Assembly (NCBI GenBank): GCA_040954595.2
Contig: CM082583.2
Span: 7,996,849-8,060,848 of the forward strand
Reading direction: 5' to 3'
From: Balanoglossus misakiensis
Taxonomy: Eukaryota; Animalia; Hemichordata
DNA: 64,000 nt
Shown here: positions 27,701 through 41,381 of the stretch, in pieces
Numbering within the stretch: position 1 is the first letter of the stretch
How the letters are laid out: each line of letters starts with the position of its first letter
The notes under the pieces: model-generated
Database searches by the model: none
What the model was told of the DNA's origin: nothing
The model's input: the letters and a program-made list of their open reading frames with translations, nothing else
Made by a program: the position numbers and the translations under genes

Positions 27701-30700
27701 CATAGGATTTGTAACGCTTTAAGTTGCGCACCGTTAAGCCCCGGGAACAATGAAATATATAACCTTTCGCAGCCAATAATTGATTAATTGCCTAATTACT
27801 TTGAATCCCTGATCAGACCTGCGGTGACTTCTGAAGACATGGAGCATGCCTAATTACTGTGCTGTCGTAATTTCGCCGACTCATTTCCTTTGCCCGAACA
27901 ATAACTTCACCCGAGGATTGACATCTGACCTGTTATTATTGCAAAACTACGTTGAGCAAATCAAAGCATTTGTCATGTTCGTTGAACTGGAATGTTTCTG
28001 TTCCGCGCTCAAAGCAGCCAAGTCATGCAAGACCGTGGAACTGACAGTGAAATTTACGTGCGACACGTGGTTTTTAAATTTAAGGGAGAACCATTCGATT
28101 TCTGGGGGTGGGTGGAAGATGTTGGCATGTCAGCTAATTTTTTTCAGTCATTATTTTTCGATTGCCAGTCCACCTTTTTCTTCCGCACCATCTGCCGGCA
28201 ACCCCCCTCCTTTATTCATATTTCTCCGACCTTTTAGCCACCCGGTTTTACGATGGGAAATGGAGTTGTTCTAATTTGGAAGCCCTTTCCACCTCGCACA
28301 AACATATCAGTTCGATCAATATTCGATCAATGCGAAAAAAAACGAAACGGTATTCAACGTTTACAAGAGCACGGAAACCCTGTTGTCTTATAATGGAGGA
28401 AACACCCTGGCCATTAAAACTGTAGATTCGATTTTATGGTGAACTCTACACACGGTATATGTCACGCAAAGTAAGAAATATGATGACGCAAAACTGACAA
28501 GTTGACGTTGTACCTACTAACTGCATCGACTATGCGGGGGTGTCAATTCACATGATTTGCATATCCGCCATTAACAATGATCGTCAGGTGGCTTAATGGT
28601 GGCGTGAAAGCGATAATTTCCAAAATGGCGATATTGTGCAGGAAACCATGGCTCGGGATATTGAAAATTTACTGCCGTTTGTTGAGCAGCATCAAAGTAA
28701 ACCGCTGAATTCGATTGTAAAGTGTTTATTCTTCCCAGCCATTTGTCTGCCTTATAGGGGAAAGGCGCGCGGCGATATTGCTATCGGCGAGGGCTATCCA
28801 CTTTTGAACCTTTCTTTGTGCTCGCGTAACCTAGTTTAGTATATGTATATATTTCCGGAAATACTGAAACGAACGATCTGACGCTTATATTTATGAAACG
28901 TCAATACATGCTGCAGTGTGTGAACGGCTCTTAGGCACAACTGTGACACAACTAACACGTTCGCTAAGTACAGCAAGTTTACTCGATGGTGGTTATTAGT
29001 GATTGAACGCCTAAGCTTACATCTTCCTCCAGTCATTATAATATCAATGTGTATACAACATTTTAGTATGTGGTAATCGCATAACTTCTGCAAACAGTGT
29101 CAGCTATTCATAACATAACATTGTCGGCTGTGGCTGTAAGATAATGCCGCGGATAACGGTGAAACTAAACTGAAGAATCGTCCATGTCGTTCCGATGACG
29201 TCAGCGACCTTGTTCCCCAACAGCGACGCACCTGTTGGTGCAACCATTCCAGCCTCTTTCGACCCACGTGATTAACTTTCTCCTCGAACAACCAAGCCTC
29301 TCATATCATTGCGACGCGGTGACGTCATGGAAATAGAATTCACCGATCCACCGAACTTGAAATTAAACGACACCATACAGCAATAAAAGGCCTCGTTGAC
29401 ACAGCTTCCTTTGGGTGTTAACCAAGGACGAATAGATTGATCTTGTACTGGTCGCACTTTTGGACAAGTTCTGATTGGCAGCGCGCGTTGCCGGTGCTTG
29501 AAAGCGTACGCCTTCCCCGATGTTACAAACGTCAATACATAGCCAGACGCCGATACCCCTGATGAGAATTTCATTGAATTGCTTTTACTTGGCGAGCCTG
29601 GTGTATGTTTGGTGGCTGGATAATGTGGCGATCGACATTTTACTGCGTTGCATGCACGCACATGTAATGACTTCGATATGATCAGCTCCATGTTTACTGC
29701 CCACATGAAAGCGAAACTCGTCAATATAATTAGCCAAGCGTATGTCTCTCTACGGGTTCAATAATATGTCTAACATGCTCCCTATCCATAATGTTGATTC
29801 AAGACGATAAGAATACAAAATCGTGAGACTACCATCTCACACACTCGCAGACCAATTTGAAGACGTCGCCCCGTTCAACAGCAGAATATGATTTAAATTT
29901 ATTAGTTATGACCAAGCAAATTAATTTTGCTCCAGTGTTGGAAAAATAGCCCTAATCTAGGTTCACCGGGCGTCTCTCTTTTCTACTTCTCTCGGACTTT
30001 TATTCTCCCCGACACAGAGGTATCAAGATGCTAGTATGACCACACAAAGTGGATTTTATGGGAGAAATTAAAAGGTATTTTTGGTGTTCCATTAAATTAA
30101 TTTCTATTAATTTTCGTCCTATTTGAAAGAAAATACAAGCGACCAATAAGCTTACTGGTCATCAAAAGCTCGTTGCTTCTTGATGGCCTCGTTTTGCTCT
30201 CTCAAAAAGATAGCATTGCAATTCATCTTTATCTGTACGCGATGCAGAACGCAGTAGTGTTTTTATTGGATTATTGTCTAAATCGTTGAGATCAATTGTT
30301 GGTTAATCATGCCACTTGTTCCGTTTCTATTCAATTAAAAGAGAAGCTATGCCTCAAAGGACAGATCTGTTTCTGTTATCGGTTCCTAGGACTCTCGGTT
30401 TTCGTTTGATTGTTGAAGTTTTTTGTGGAATTTTGACAGTTAAAATCGAAGCTCATGATAGCAAAAGAACTAACGCTGGTTTTCCGTAGGGCCTGATTAA
30501 TCAGAAATAAGTGGTCTTTTTGATTCGATATAAAGTGGACAGTTTTGTGCCTTGGGTTCCAATTAACCGAATGATGGTGTTTAGTAAAAATGAGCCAAAT
30601 TTCTCGGCTTCAGTTAAAAGTCAGCAAGTTTAGTAATGTAATTTGTGTATGAAAACTGGGACATATTGTTTGCATACGAGTATAGACTTCATATTTATGC

Positions 30701-30976
30701 ATCAATCGGACATAAAGTATGTCAGTAAACGTAAAAAAACAAGTTGAGCTAACATTATGGGAAGTCTATGTTCGGTGAATCAGGACCTCCATATGTCATT
30801 TGGAAATATAAAACAAAATTGCTGAAAAAGTCTTCACGGTTTAGTATTTTGTCTTTCTACCGAAGTCTTTTTAAGATTGTTAACTTTATATAGCAATAAA
30901 ACAAATTCTACTTACATTTTGGTAAAACCAGGAATATTCCAACAGTAAGGAGACATCGAAACAACGATGGTTCCAT
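9299..30976 (-). CDS. CHRNA7: Gene B: complete alpha7-type nicotinic acetylcholine receptor subunit, 9 coding exons, 500 aa
   Basis: Exons of 61+140+45+110+254+195+87+110+501 = 1503 nt, all GT-AG with compatible phases. Contains a signal peptide, Cys-loop [15 protein letters not shown], loop B SWTYD, loop [10 protein letters not shown]2 [23 protein letters not shown] and M4 [14 protein letters not shown]. Exon sizes 140/45/110/195/87/110 equal those of vertebrate CHRNA7. Confidence 0.93.
9962..10071 (-). CDS. CHRNA7: Gene B exon 8 (110 bp), M3
   Basis: tttcag / gtgagt; (A)[36 protein letters not shown]; absent from the ORF track. Confidence 0.92.
10303..10389 (-). CDS. CHRNA7: Gene B exon 7 (87 bp), M2 and M2-M3 loop
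   Basis: cctag / gtgagt; [29 protein letters not shown]. Confidence 0.93.
10718..10912 (-). CDS. CHRNA7: Gene B exon 6 (195 bp), loop C with vicinal Cys and M1
   Basis: ccacag / gtagga; [41 protein letters not shown]...DSGEKLTL. Confidence 0.93.
11494..11747 (-). CDS. CHRNA7: Gene B exon 5 (254 bp), loop E, Cys-loop, loop B, loop F
   Basis: cccag / gtgagg; [13 protein letters not shown]...CQYIPPG...[15 protein letters not shown]...GSWTYD...NGEWDLI. Confidence 0.93.
14121..14155. repeat. (AATTG)n pentanucleotide microsatellite
   Basis: aattgaattgaattgaatcgattggaattgaattg. Confidence 0.75.
16039..16148 (-). CDS. CHRNA7: Gene B exon 4 (110 bp), loop A
   Basis: gtatag / gtaagg; [37 protein letters not shown]; absent from the ORF track. 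Confidence 0.93.
16633..16724. repeat. 42-bp tandem duplication (two full copies plus a partial third)
   Basis: aaaaaatcaatagtctgtttaaaaataaaacaattgttc(c/t)tc repeated head to tail with no spacer. Confidence 0.9.
19245..19289 (-). CDS. CHRNA7: Gene B exon 3 (45 bp), loop D
   Basis: gtctag / gtaagt; [15 protein letters not shown]. Confidence 0.93.
19691..19830 (-). CDS. CHRNA7: Gene B exon 2 (140 bp)
   Basis: attcag / gtaagt; [46 protein letters not shown]. Confidence 0.93.
30916..30976 (-). CDS. CHRNA7: Gene B coding exon 1 (61 bp), signal peptide
   Basis: gacATGG Kozak context, [20 protein letters not shown], donor gtaagt, phase 1 joins exon 2 as TAT. A possible acceptor at 31042-31043 suggests an upstream UTR exon. 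Confidence 0.8.
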
Positions 30977-33013
30977 GTCGCGTCCTGGCGGAGTGGAGCG
31001 TCTCTGTCCTCGTTGCGAGAGTGACGTCAGACCAACTGGACCTGCGTGAACCGAATAACAAATAGTTGGATTGATCACTGATATTGATACGCTTGATAAC
31101 AGTATTGCTCATTCCCGTTCTGTAATCACGTTGGATGTAATTCCAGTGAGAACGTCAACGGCTGCGTCCAATAACTTGGAATAACGTGGAAATACACGAT
31201 AAACCAAATCAAATCTTCTTCCGCGGGAGAGGCAAGCCATCATGCGTGGCGTCCGTGAACATGTGTTTTCATTAAGTCGCCGAATGTTTGCTGCCTACCA
31301 AAGTAATTATACTCTGAAGCCAGGTAGTCTGTTTCAGGATCCTTAGCTTTTCGACGAGAATTTATCGGTCTCGTCCGTATGGCGAGACTCGTTTCACGTT
31401 ACGAGAGCAGGGGTGGTGCTGAAATGGGAGTTGGCAGTGTTCAGTGAAAGTGGCACTGCACAATAAAATTATCCCACCATATTCGCTTATAAACACTGTA
31501 GTTAACATTTTCAGCTTTGGAAACGTATAAAGTTTATGAGAGCGCGATAGTTTTGACATAGCACTCTGAAAATTATACACAGTCCTAATGACAGTCAATT
31601 TGGAACCAGAGAGGATAAGAAGTTGGAAAATAAAACAGACAAGATGCGTGACATATTAAGGTTTCTAGAGGTACTTGACAGATTCCTTGTACTTGCACAA
31701 ATTAAGTACTTTGAACACTTGTCTCATGAAAATTGTCACCAGCACGGGATATACATACTGAAAAAAACGCCGAACGCACATGTGATCTTAACACGAACAG
31801 TAAACCAGAGAAATTGTCTGAGCTTCTACATTTTCACCGTTGCCGTCACCGAACAGGCACACTGACATTTGCAGAATCTATTAGTTTTACGAGCAAAGGG
31901 AACTCAGAAGTTGATTTACACTTGCCAGACATATTTTTTACAATATGACAGAAGATGACACCCTCTCGACAGGCACGGACATAAAAGCCGGAACTGTCAA
32001 ACGCTCTCTCTGGCTCGCTAGAGTCTCACACCTGAGACAGGTCAGAGGTTACCCGCTTTGAAACACGCAGATCTTTTAATACAGTTTTAACATGTTACGT
32101 GTTTGTCACATTTTCCACGTGACCCTGGAACCTCTCTCTGCGGCAAACATTTAAATGTTTTGTACTCGGTGTTTAACCGGTCTCTGAAGGGTAATATTAA
32201 GACGAGGCGTATATATGGATATTCGATATTTTGTATTTTTTTTCATTTTATGTCGGCGGCAACGGCTCGTCATAAGTACGATTTGGTGACATTGCTTTTC
32301 ATCTAAAACCAACTTAACCAACTTAAAACGCAAACCATACTATACCTTCATTCTCATATACATTGGTGATATTATAATTGTAGTGGTGCCCACATTTAAA
32401 GGTAAAGACCATTACTGCCCTTGTGTTTACGATGACATGTGCCACTTTCGTTTCAATTCAGCGAGCTTGGCTGTAAACACCCGCTTTACATTTTTTATTT
32501 CGACTTTCAATTTCATTGGGAGTAGCCGGCCGTGCGACAACAGCATGGGAAAGAACTCGAGTGAGGATGGTAACAAAATGATTGAACAGACAGATTGAGT
32601 AGAACGCCTGAAGACGTACACTGCGCATGACCAATTACTGCCAGCGGGCACCGCCGTCTTATCAGTCAGCAGCGAGCTATTCAAATCAAGGATTTGAACA
32701 TGTGTAGCATATTAGTCTTAGCTTGGCATGTATATACCACAATCAAAGTGAGCTGTCTGCGTGCATCGTTATGCATAGCAAAAGTGCCGATCTGAGAAAA
32801 TTGATCTGCCACTCGAAAACAATGAAAACGATATAACTTAAGTTGCCATTTAAATAAATACCGCCAATTGTCTGCGGTTATCTATCCCTCCCTCAAAGAG
32901 AGTTTCATTAGAATTGAATTACGTTAATGATATCAGCCGACAATGATGTTTTCAATCGGGAAAGAATTCGAAACGATAGCATGAATGATGTGCCATCTGT
33001 ATCTTCTCCTCCT

Positions 33014-33034
33014 GATTGATTGATTGATTGATTG
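33014..33034. repeat. (TGAT)n microsatellite
   Basis: gattgattgattgattgattg. Confidence 0.75.
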
Positions 33035-36000
33035 AAAATGGTTAATGTACAGCACTGTCCACCCGGGAGGGGGGGGTGCGTTACGACACGCTGGCCGATC
33101 GAGGCAGAAACAGGGCAGCAAACAAATTAGACTGGCCGAATGGTTCGCTTTGTAATAAGCCAACCAGCGCTGCACGCAACAACGATGGTCAACAATATAT
33201 AGTCACACAAAATCACCTTAAATATGGTAAATAAAATCATAGCAAATAAAGTAATAATAATCATCGAAACTATACACAGAGAATATACAAAATAAGAAAC
33301 TACCTTTGAGCGTGACCAAGTGTGGAAATAAAACTAACGAAGTCCAATATCCCGTAGAAAGTTCCACAGTTTAGACGAAGGACGCGACAACACCGCGACA
33401 CTGAGTTCCGACGTTTAGTCCGAGTAGTATATCCGTCTCCAAATCCACAGGTAGACAGCACGGCTTCCAGGCCAGTTCAACATGAGACAACGCGGCTCCC
33501 AGTTCAAATTAGCAGCTACACCATGCAACAACGTGGCAACTTGTGGGATTTTACATGAGCAAAATAATGAATTCATCACACCTGCTCACGCAAATATTTA
33601 AATAACGAATGCAAACGATAAACACACCTGGTCACGAAAAAACAATAGCAAACCTAACCTACGTAACAAGGGGGATGGGTCAAAGGTCAAATCGTGAAAT
33701 TGCAATCCAGATGATGATTTGCCCTCGAAAATTAAAACACACAGGTATACGTGCACAACCTTAAAGATATCGGATTTCTTTAGTTTGTTTATATATATAT
33801 GTACGTGACAGACATTGTCAACGAAAGAGTGGGGCGAAAATGTCACCTTGATGACCTCAGAGATGACTTCACAATTTGTTTTAATCGCTTAAAATTGCGT
33901 CTTGCGTTATTTATTTGACTGTGAACGTCTTAAAAGGAGAGATAACAGATTAAAGGGTCGTTGAGTCAAGGCCAATAAAATGGTATCGAAGAGCGTGCAC
34001 GCCCATATTAATGGGAGAGAGTAAAATTTTATGGCTAATGTAAACGACCTGCAGAGAAGTTTAGTCCAAGTCAGTGGTAGGACAGATGCTGATTGCTACA
34101 TATCTCCTAGAAAGTCGTCTCTTATTGGCGTGAATATAAAAAAGGCACTTTTCCCGCCTAAAATTGCTCGTCACGTTCGGAAAATCGTGTTTTCATAAAG
34201 GGATGTAAAAGGTTAGCAAATACTCTTTGTTATCCTCTCTGCTCGGCTGCCGATCGAGCTAGTTGTCATTCGCGGCTCATAGGAGACGTCAACTTGGTCG
34301 ACTAATAGCCGTCATAACGTGCTCACAATTAAAAGAAAATGTCGTCTCGAATAACTTCATAAAATGTTTAGAGGACATCCACCTTGTTTTACGATCAGAA
34401 GTCTCAGGTTTGCAGGTCATTTCGCATGGGTTGCACGCAGTCCTTTTCAAGATTCGTCACGTGTTATTTTGATGACATCGTTCACTGGGGAAGTCACACT
34501 TTTGTTTTTGCTTTTCATTACCACTTCCAATAGTTTCGCCAAATGAAATGAAACCGATACATAAAATGTGAGCTGTTCGCCCGTTTGACTGATTCAGAAC
34601 TAAGGGAATTCAGAGCACATCTCCGAAGATTGGATGGTATTTTGGGGAATAGGCTGCATGATATTCCGTCCATACTGTTCAAAGTCTCAAAGAAATATAT
34701 TAAAGGAACACGAAATCATCATTGACCATGGCTTTGGGTCTCTAAAAGTGCGCCAAATCTTTTAGCATGGTACTACTCTCTCACTGCTTTGTGAGTGACC
34801 TTGAAATTTAGCGGACACAATTGGTATTCATGGGAGCCGTTCCAGCTGTTTACATCTTGTAACTCGTTTTTAATTAAAAATATATATCGTGCATTTACTT
34901 ATTTTGAAGTTAACAAATGAAAACAAAACTCATAATCTACACTCTTTGACTGTTCAAATGAAAAATTATCTGCATCGCTCCTAGTACCAAAGCATGATGG
35001 ATAATAGGCACAATCAAAGCGTGGCTGTTGTCGTCCCCGCAGGTAACTTTTTATCATAATACGCCATTAATCATTGGACAGTTTTTACTTGGGTAAAAGG
35101 GAATTAACGTCATGTAATTTTACATAATTACAAAGAGCGAAACGGTGACTGGCGACTAAAACACTGACAAGCCGACTCTGTCAAAAAAAACGGAGACTTT
35201 TCTGAATTCTATCATTTTTTGTGTACAATTTGGGCTGTACGAATATTCGAGATACAACTTTTATATAAAAAAAATTCAATGACACCACAAATGCATTTTG
35301 AAAATTATCTTGATGCTCCTATGTTGACTATTTTAAAACGTCGCGAACGTTTTTGACAAAAATTAACGAACTTTGGTTTAAACAATTTCAAAATTTCGAT
35401 AAAAAACATAAACACGGTTAGGTACAAAATATGATTTATACTGAACATTTGACGGTAAAGAATCAATGGCGAGCCTTAGAATAGAAATAACAAATTGCCA
35501 GTGATAAGACTGGTAAATTTTGAATAGTGTAGCAACTGGGTTGTATAGAGGATGGACTTACCGGAATTGTAAGACTACTTTCTGTATGTCCTGGCGGATA
35601 TTCCATACGTACATGTACACCGGGTGGTGATTGTCTTTTCACTGATCACCAGCTCAACTTTCTGAGGGTGTGATCTGGTGTGTTGTGAGTGTTAACACTT
35701 GAGGGCGCAGTAATTCGAACTCGGCAGCAGAATAAACCCACGCTAATTACTCACATTTTGAAAAAAAGGAATATTCCTATTGGAAACATACATTAACTAG
35801 AGATAAACTTATTTGATGTATTATGACGTAGAGAAAATAAGGTCATAGACGCGCGGCAAGTCTATGTCGATGCACGTAAAACGCTTTTACCTATAGCGAT
35901 TCTTTTACTCGATTTCTTTCTGGTGTTGTGCTACATAAATATATTTTGTAGATTGGACTACGTCGTCGTTGGAACTCTAACACGTATTCGTAAAATTAAA

Positions 36001-39000
36001 ATAATTGCGCAAATTGATAGTGTGTATAATATCGACGTTTACACTGCGTCGCCATAGCAAAGTATTTGATATACTCTGTAACTTAATATCATCAAGCGAT
36101 CGTGCATTTTCGAAGAGAAAATTAATGGGTTGACTGTCAGGCAGACACGGGGTGAACCAACATGAAGTCTAACAAATTGGGATATTATTCCATGGATATA
36201 TTGATGTACTGAATTAATAGCCTTTGCAAAACAAACAATGATGAAATGAAACGTGTTCTTTACGAGTAATGTAATACATCGCTCTGGTTTTCTAAGCATC
36301 GAAATTCCGATAAAGGTTTCTTTGGAACGTATTGTAAGTCCGTCAGAGAAACCCCCCATTTGTAGATTTCGCTCAGAGTTTAGGTCGACGCCCTCTGTTG
36401 GGAACATGCACAGCTAGTATTCGAATACACAATACCAACGATGTCAACAGAGTGTCCCTTCGAATGAAACACTTAATGCATCGCGCCCTTGAGCCATATT
36501 AAATTGTACAAACATTTGCAGACATGTCACGAAGAGCTTGTCAAACACGGAAAGTAAACGTGCCGGACAGGATGTCCGTTGGCGGCGCTGTGGACAAACA
36601 GAGAACGTGACTCCAAGTCTCACGAAGTGCTTTTTTGTGGGGGGGGGGGGGGGTTGTTTTGCATGGAACTGTTTGCTTGCATTTTGGGCTCGTGTTATTT
36701 TAGAGCAGGTTTAATATACTTTTTTATCTGCGCATATTGACCAGTGTCAACCTGTTCCATTTAAAAATAATACTGTCTGTGTCATTTGCACTATCCTCTG
36801 TTCAATATATCAAGACGAATTTATGATTTGATCAGTATTGCTTCACGAATACAGCATTGGGCAACAATCGCCCAGCATATATACATGTAACGAGGCCCTG
36901 TTGAGTCGCAAGAGTTCAATGCACGGACTTTGTTTATATGCGCCCTCTGGCCGTGTCGATCATTGAAAAGTCTCGTATGGTTTATAAATTAGTTTTTCAG
37001 CAGGAGTCTTAGGTTCACCACGTGGAGGCGCACGGCGACCTGCCCATCAAAACCTGGACTTGTCTAAAATAAAAGTATTTGTCCATGGGTTGCTATTCGT
37101 AGTTGAAACAAAGAACCAGATAAAAGAAAGACATTTTTCCTTACTGCAAAAACTTCACGGAATGATAAACTGTGTTTTTGTTTTATGTTTCAAAAGGATT
37201 ATGAAAAATTACAGCTACTGCGCCTTTAATGCATCGATATAAATATACGTGATTATTTTCTCTTTCCAGTAATGTTTTTCATCGTATACAGTGCTGCCAG
37301 TCGCGTGCGTACGCGTGCGCTTTTTTTAAATGACAGTGATGTTTAGATTTGCCATGAAACAACCCTTTTAACGGAAGTCCTTCCCATGTCAAATTAAACC
37401 ATCTAGTTGTCAGAGTACTTAATTGGTTGATGGTGGAGGAATGCTCAACTTGACAGATACGGTCAAGGTTACATCCTGTTATTGCTCGATACTTCGAAAA
37501 CATTGCAAGTAAACCCGGGTCATTAAACCCGCGATTTGTAAGTTTGATCCGGCAAGATTTGTGGAACTGTGACGTATGTTTCTGTTTCAGATTTTGCTTG
37601 AAATCGGTAGTAGTCGCTGATTGAGTGTATGACTAATTTATTGCCAGATCGGAATCGCGATGACTGTTGGTTGTGACAAATTGGAAATAACCAATTTACT
37701 GGTATCTGATGAGGTTGATTCCCGTCCAGGCTGGGATTAAGTGGTCTTTTCCCTCACTTCCGTTTTCTGGAAACCTTAAGGAAGCCTTCACTTTTCATCA
37801 GCGATTGTTATAAACAATCCTACGTGAACAGAATGCGGCCAAAGATTCCCAAAGATTCAACAAATATCAATATGGTGGCGGTGCAAGGCACGAACTTTGA
37901 ATATTTGCCGGCTAGCTACAGCTGTTTTCAGTTTCCCATCATTAGTTATACATGTACATAATTAGAAGATATATAGATTGTCTAGTGGACATGATGTTTA
38001 CGAAAACGCAAAACAGTTTACAGTTGAGTGACCTTTAATTTGCTGACCATGACTGTTTTGGAAGTCTCAAATACCACCATAATCTGGTGTTTCGATCAAA
38101 TAAGTCTTTGGAAATGTTCCATCGGCATTTATTCTGCGAGCGGATGGAGATATACGTTCAATGTTCACCATTTAGCCATTAACTCGGAAGATTTGTTGAT
38201 GAATTAAACCGATATACAGGCCAGCCTCATTCTTCCATGTGGGTTTGTGTGTCACAGTCACAAGGCCGCGCAATGAACGCACCCTGGCGATTACTCTTCA
38301 ATGCCCGCATTCAGTTTGCAATGGCTGAAACACGCTGAAAGTGCTAAGAAAGACTTGACTCGTCCGCTGAAAGGGGCTTTTATCGCGTTAACAAGCTGGC
38401 GTCACGTTGGAAAATATGTATCGATCGATGGGGGCATGAATGCACCGGTTGTTGGTTTAGCTCAGTTCAGTCAAGCAGCGTTTCTGCAAACAGTGCATTA
38501 GGATGCGTGTGTGTGCAAACAGCGCTTGGAGCGTGTGCTGTCCCCGATTGGTCTTGGTGGCTGTCGTCATGACTACACGGCTACCAAAATCAATGTCAAC
38601 GACCAATGCAATAGGTCAATATATAAATATTGGGGGATATTTACGATGAACTTTTACGCACCTGTCCATTTAAATCACGTGCAGATGCATAAAACCATTA
38701 CAACAGTCGACTTGAAAGATTTACAAAATTTCTTTAACGACACACCGAGGTTTAGGCAAATATAATTATTCTTTGGCAAACTTGCCTAAATAACGTTTTG
38801 CGGGGGAATTCGTTGATTTCTATAGAGAGTACACCGTAATCAATTGGATATATGACGACTGAATTGTACGATTTTTGATCCAAAATCAATTTAGTTGGAA
38901 TAATGGTCCTCCAGGAAACGTGAATAGTTAGATATTTAATTGGTTCTCTGAGCGTATTTAATTCAGAAAAGGGATCATGTAAGCCAGAATCTTTACAGAA

Positions 39001-41231
39001 ATATATATCCTCGGTAATATAAATTTAGTCTATACTCAGAACAGTGGATAGTTTTGAAGTTGAAGCCAATTTACAACATTTTTACAGTACTAATCTTGTT
39101 TTCGATTGCGGGACTTGGTACGCTAAAACGAGAAAATATGAGCGGCAGCGTTCACATCTTCAGAATCAAGGTCAGAAGACAGAATCTTACCTTTTTTATG
39201 TTATTCACAGCCCTAACTATTGTTTGTCAGTTTAAGATCTGAAGCAATTTTCCTTGATTGAAGTCGGTTACGATTATATCCGTAATATTTTAGTCGGTTA
39301 TGTCTCTGTTGCAGAGGTGAAAACGGCCACTTTTCAGGTTTTGTCTTCAGTCCGTCGTGATGATGGAGACGACTACAGCAAATTGACACAAAAAGAGCTC
39401 ATCCGCCTTGTTCCGACGAACACGTTTAGAGGATAAAATGCTCACTTTCTTTAATTAATGGAATACTTTAATACCTGGTGGTATCTAGAATCGATTAAAA
39501 TTACTGGAACCTTTTCATATTGGATGGATTTGATAAGCATCCGTTAGAGGACGCCCTCTAGCGACTTCTAAGCACGCCACTGACATGCGTTTAGTGCTTC
39601 GTCCTCCCACGATCTAAATTCTTGATCTAAATTTCTGGCATTTTAATACAGTTCCTGCTAGTAATGTGTAGCTTGGTAAAAATGTGGCCTACTGTGACCA
39701 CACTGCAAGCTACAGTGAAAAAACGCCGGAGAATTCGCCACTTCAGTGTGTATCATGCGCCCAAGCACTGGAGTTGGTAATTGGGTCAAAGATCACATCC
39801 AAGCGCTCAATGTAAGACCAATGCCTAACGTAACAAGGCAAGGCTATATAAGTCTAACCGTTATGTTAAAAATTACTTTATTGCCATGTCAAAGTTCATG
39901 TTATAAATTCACATCAAAACAAACTCTAGAATTGGTCAACTTCGGAAGAAATTAGCTTGTTTCAGTTCAAAGGACACAAAAACAAGAATCTCGGGGGAAT
40001 CAGAAACAAGCACCCTATAGTATAGGTGAGGAAAATATGAATAGAAATAAATAAATAAAAAACGAAATGTGATGTTTTGTAAAAAGGACAGACACCTTGG
40101 ACATGAAAGATATACATAAATATCGTTTAGTAAATATGAACCAGATTAAATAAAACGGCCCTTTCCTGTATATATTCAGTCATTGCAGTGTTACACATAT
40201 TGCACGTAACAAAGCATAGTACAACGTAGTACCCTCTTTCTCAAAAATGAACACGTTTTTTCTGGTTCATCAGAATTATTGCGGTTTAAAATAAACGCGT
40301 CTGTACGAAAAGGCAGCAATTTGGGGAGGAAAGACTTTGGTTCTGAGGGGGACTGGAAAGAAATCAAAACTAAGACACGTTACGGCTAGAAACGGATATA
40401 CTTTTCAAGTTCACAAAAGTAAGCAACCTGTCAAACAACAACACCAGGTCATTGACACAAAATATTGTGAACTATTTGCGTATTTTAAGATAGTTGTCTG
40501 GAAGAGCAATTTCTTCATGCGCAATTAAACGACGCCATCATCGTCTCGTAAATGTTCTATCCATCTATAAACGTTTTTTTTCTTCCACAGAATGACACAT
40601 AACAAATATACACCATTCTTCTGATCAGTTTTAGCGCGCACCTTTCGGCCAGACCAGATGACCGAAAGATGCACAGGTCTACTGGTATCCGTCGAAAGTT
40701 GCAGACGATACAATTTCTTCCCGGCGCCATGTTTTACAAAACCAACATGGCTGACTGCCACACGTCCGATTTGCCAAGAGCGCGGCCCCCTCAAACGTGT
40801 GACGACTCTCCAACCTCCTCTACGTTCAAGTTCAGTTCGCTAATTCGGAAACTGAAACGGGTCTGAGGTCAGCTCATTGTCACGATGACATTGTAATGAC
40901 ACCGCATGCTCGTCAGTGACAGTCAAGGAATCTGTCCTTCGATACATTAAAATTCCAGTAGCAATGCGAAATTGTGTATGCGATACCATAGATAGCCATT
41001 CACTTTCAAACAAATTGCCCATCACTCTCACCAGGAGAGTGACCAAGTGGTGATCACATTTCGCGTGTACTGGCAATTTTTCACCGTCGCCTCAGATCTC
41101 TGTCAAACTCACATGCAGAATTCCATATGCGTCTGCATGCATTCGCCGCTCTTCAGTTGACGTCATCAATCATTTTGGCGCTCTCGCAGCAGAAGTCTGA
41201 AAATGCCGATAAACAGCCGCCGCGTTAACCC

Positions 41232-41381
41232 TTAGCTCTGCGTAGTCAATGCTTCGTATTTGTCGAATATCAGCGGCGCCGAGAGAATAATTCCGCCCGA
41301 GCCGCAGACAACGGCTATCAGGAACACCCAGAGAAAAATCCGGTCAATAACCATGGCAACGTACTTCCATTCTTCATTCAC
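41232..41381 (-). CDS. Gene A exon 6 (150 bp), M4 and stop
   Basis: cacag|GTG; [36 protein letters not shown]...; TAA at 41232-41234. Confidence 0.93.
   Translation of the reverse strand: MNEEWKYVAMVIDRIFLWVFLIAVVCGSGGIILSAPLIFDKYEALTTQS

Noticed and set aside
25719-33689. Perfect nuclear-receptor DR1 motifs (25719-25731 and 33677-33689)
   Set aside because: TGACCTTTGACC-type words are very common in marine invertebrate repeats, so there is no locus-specific support.
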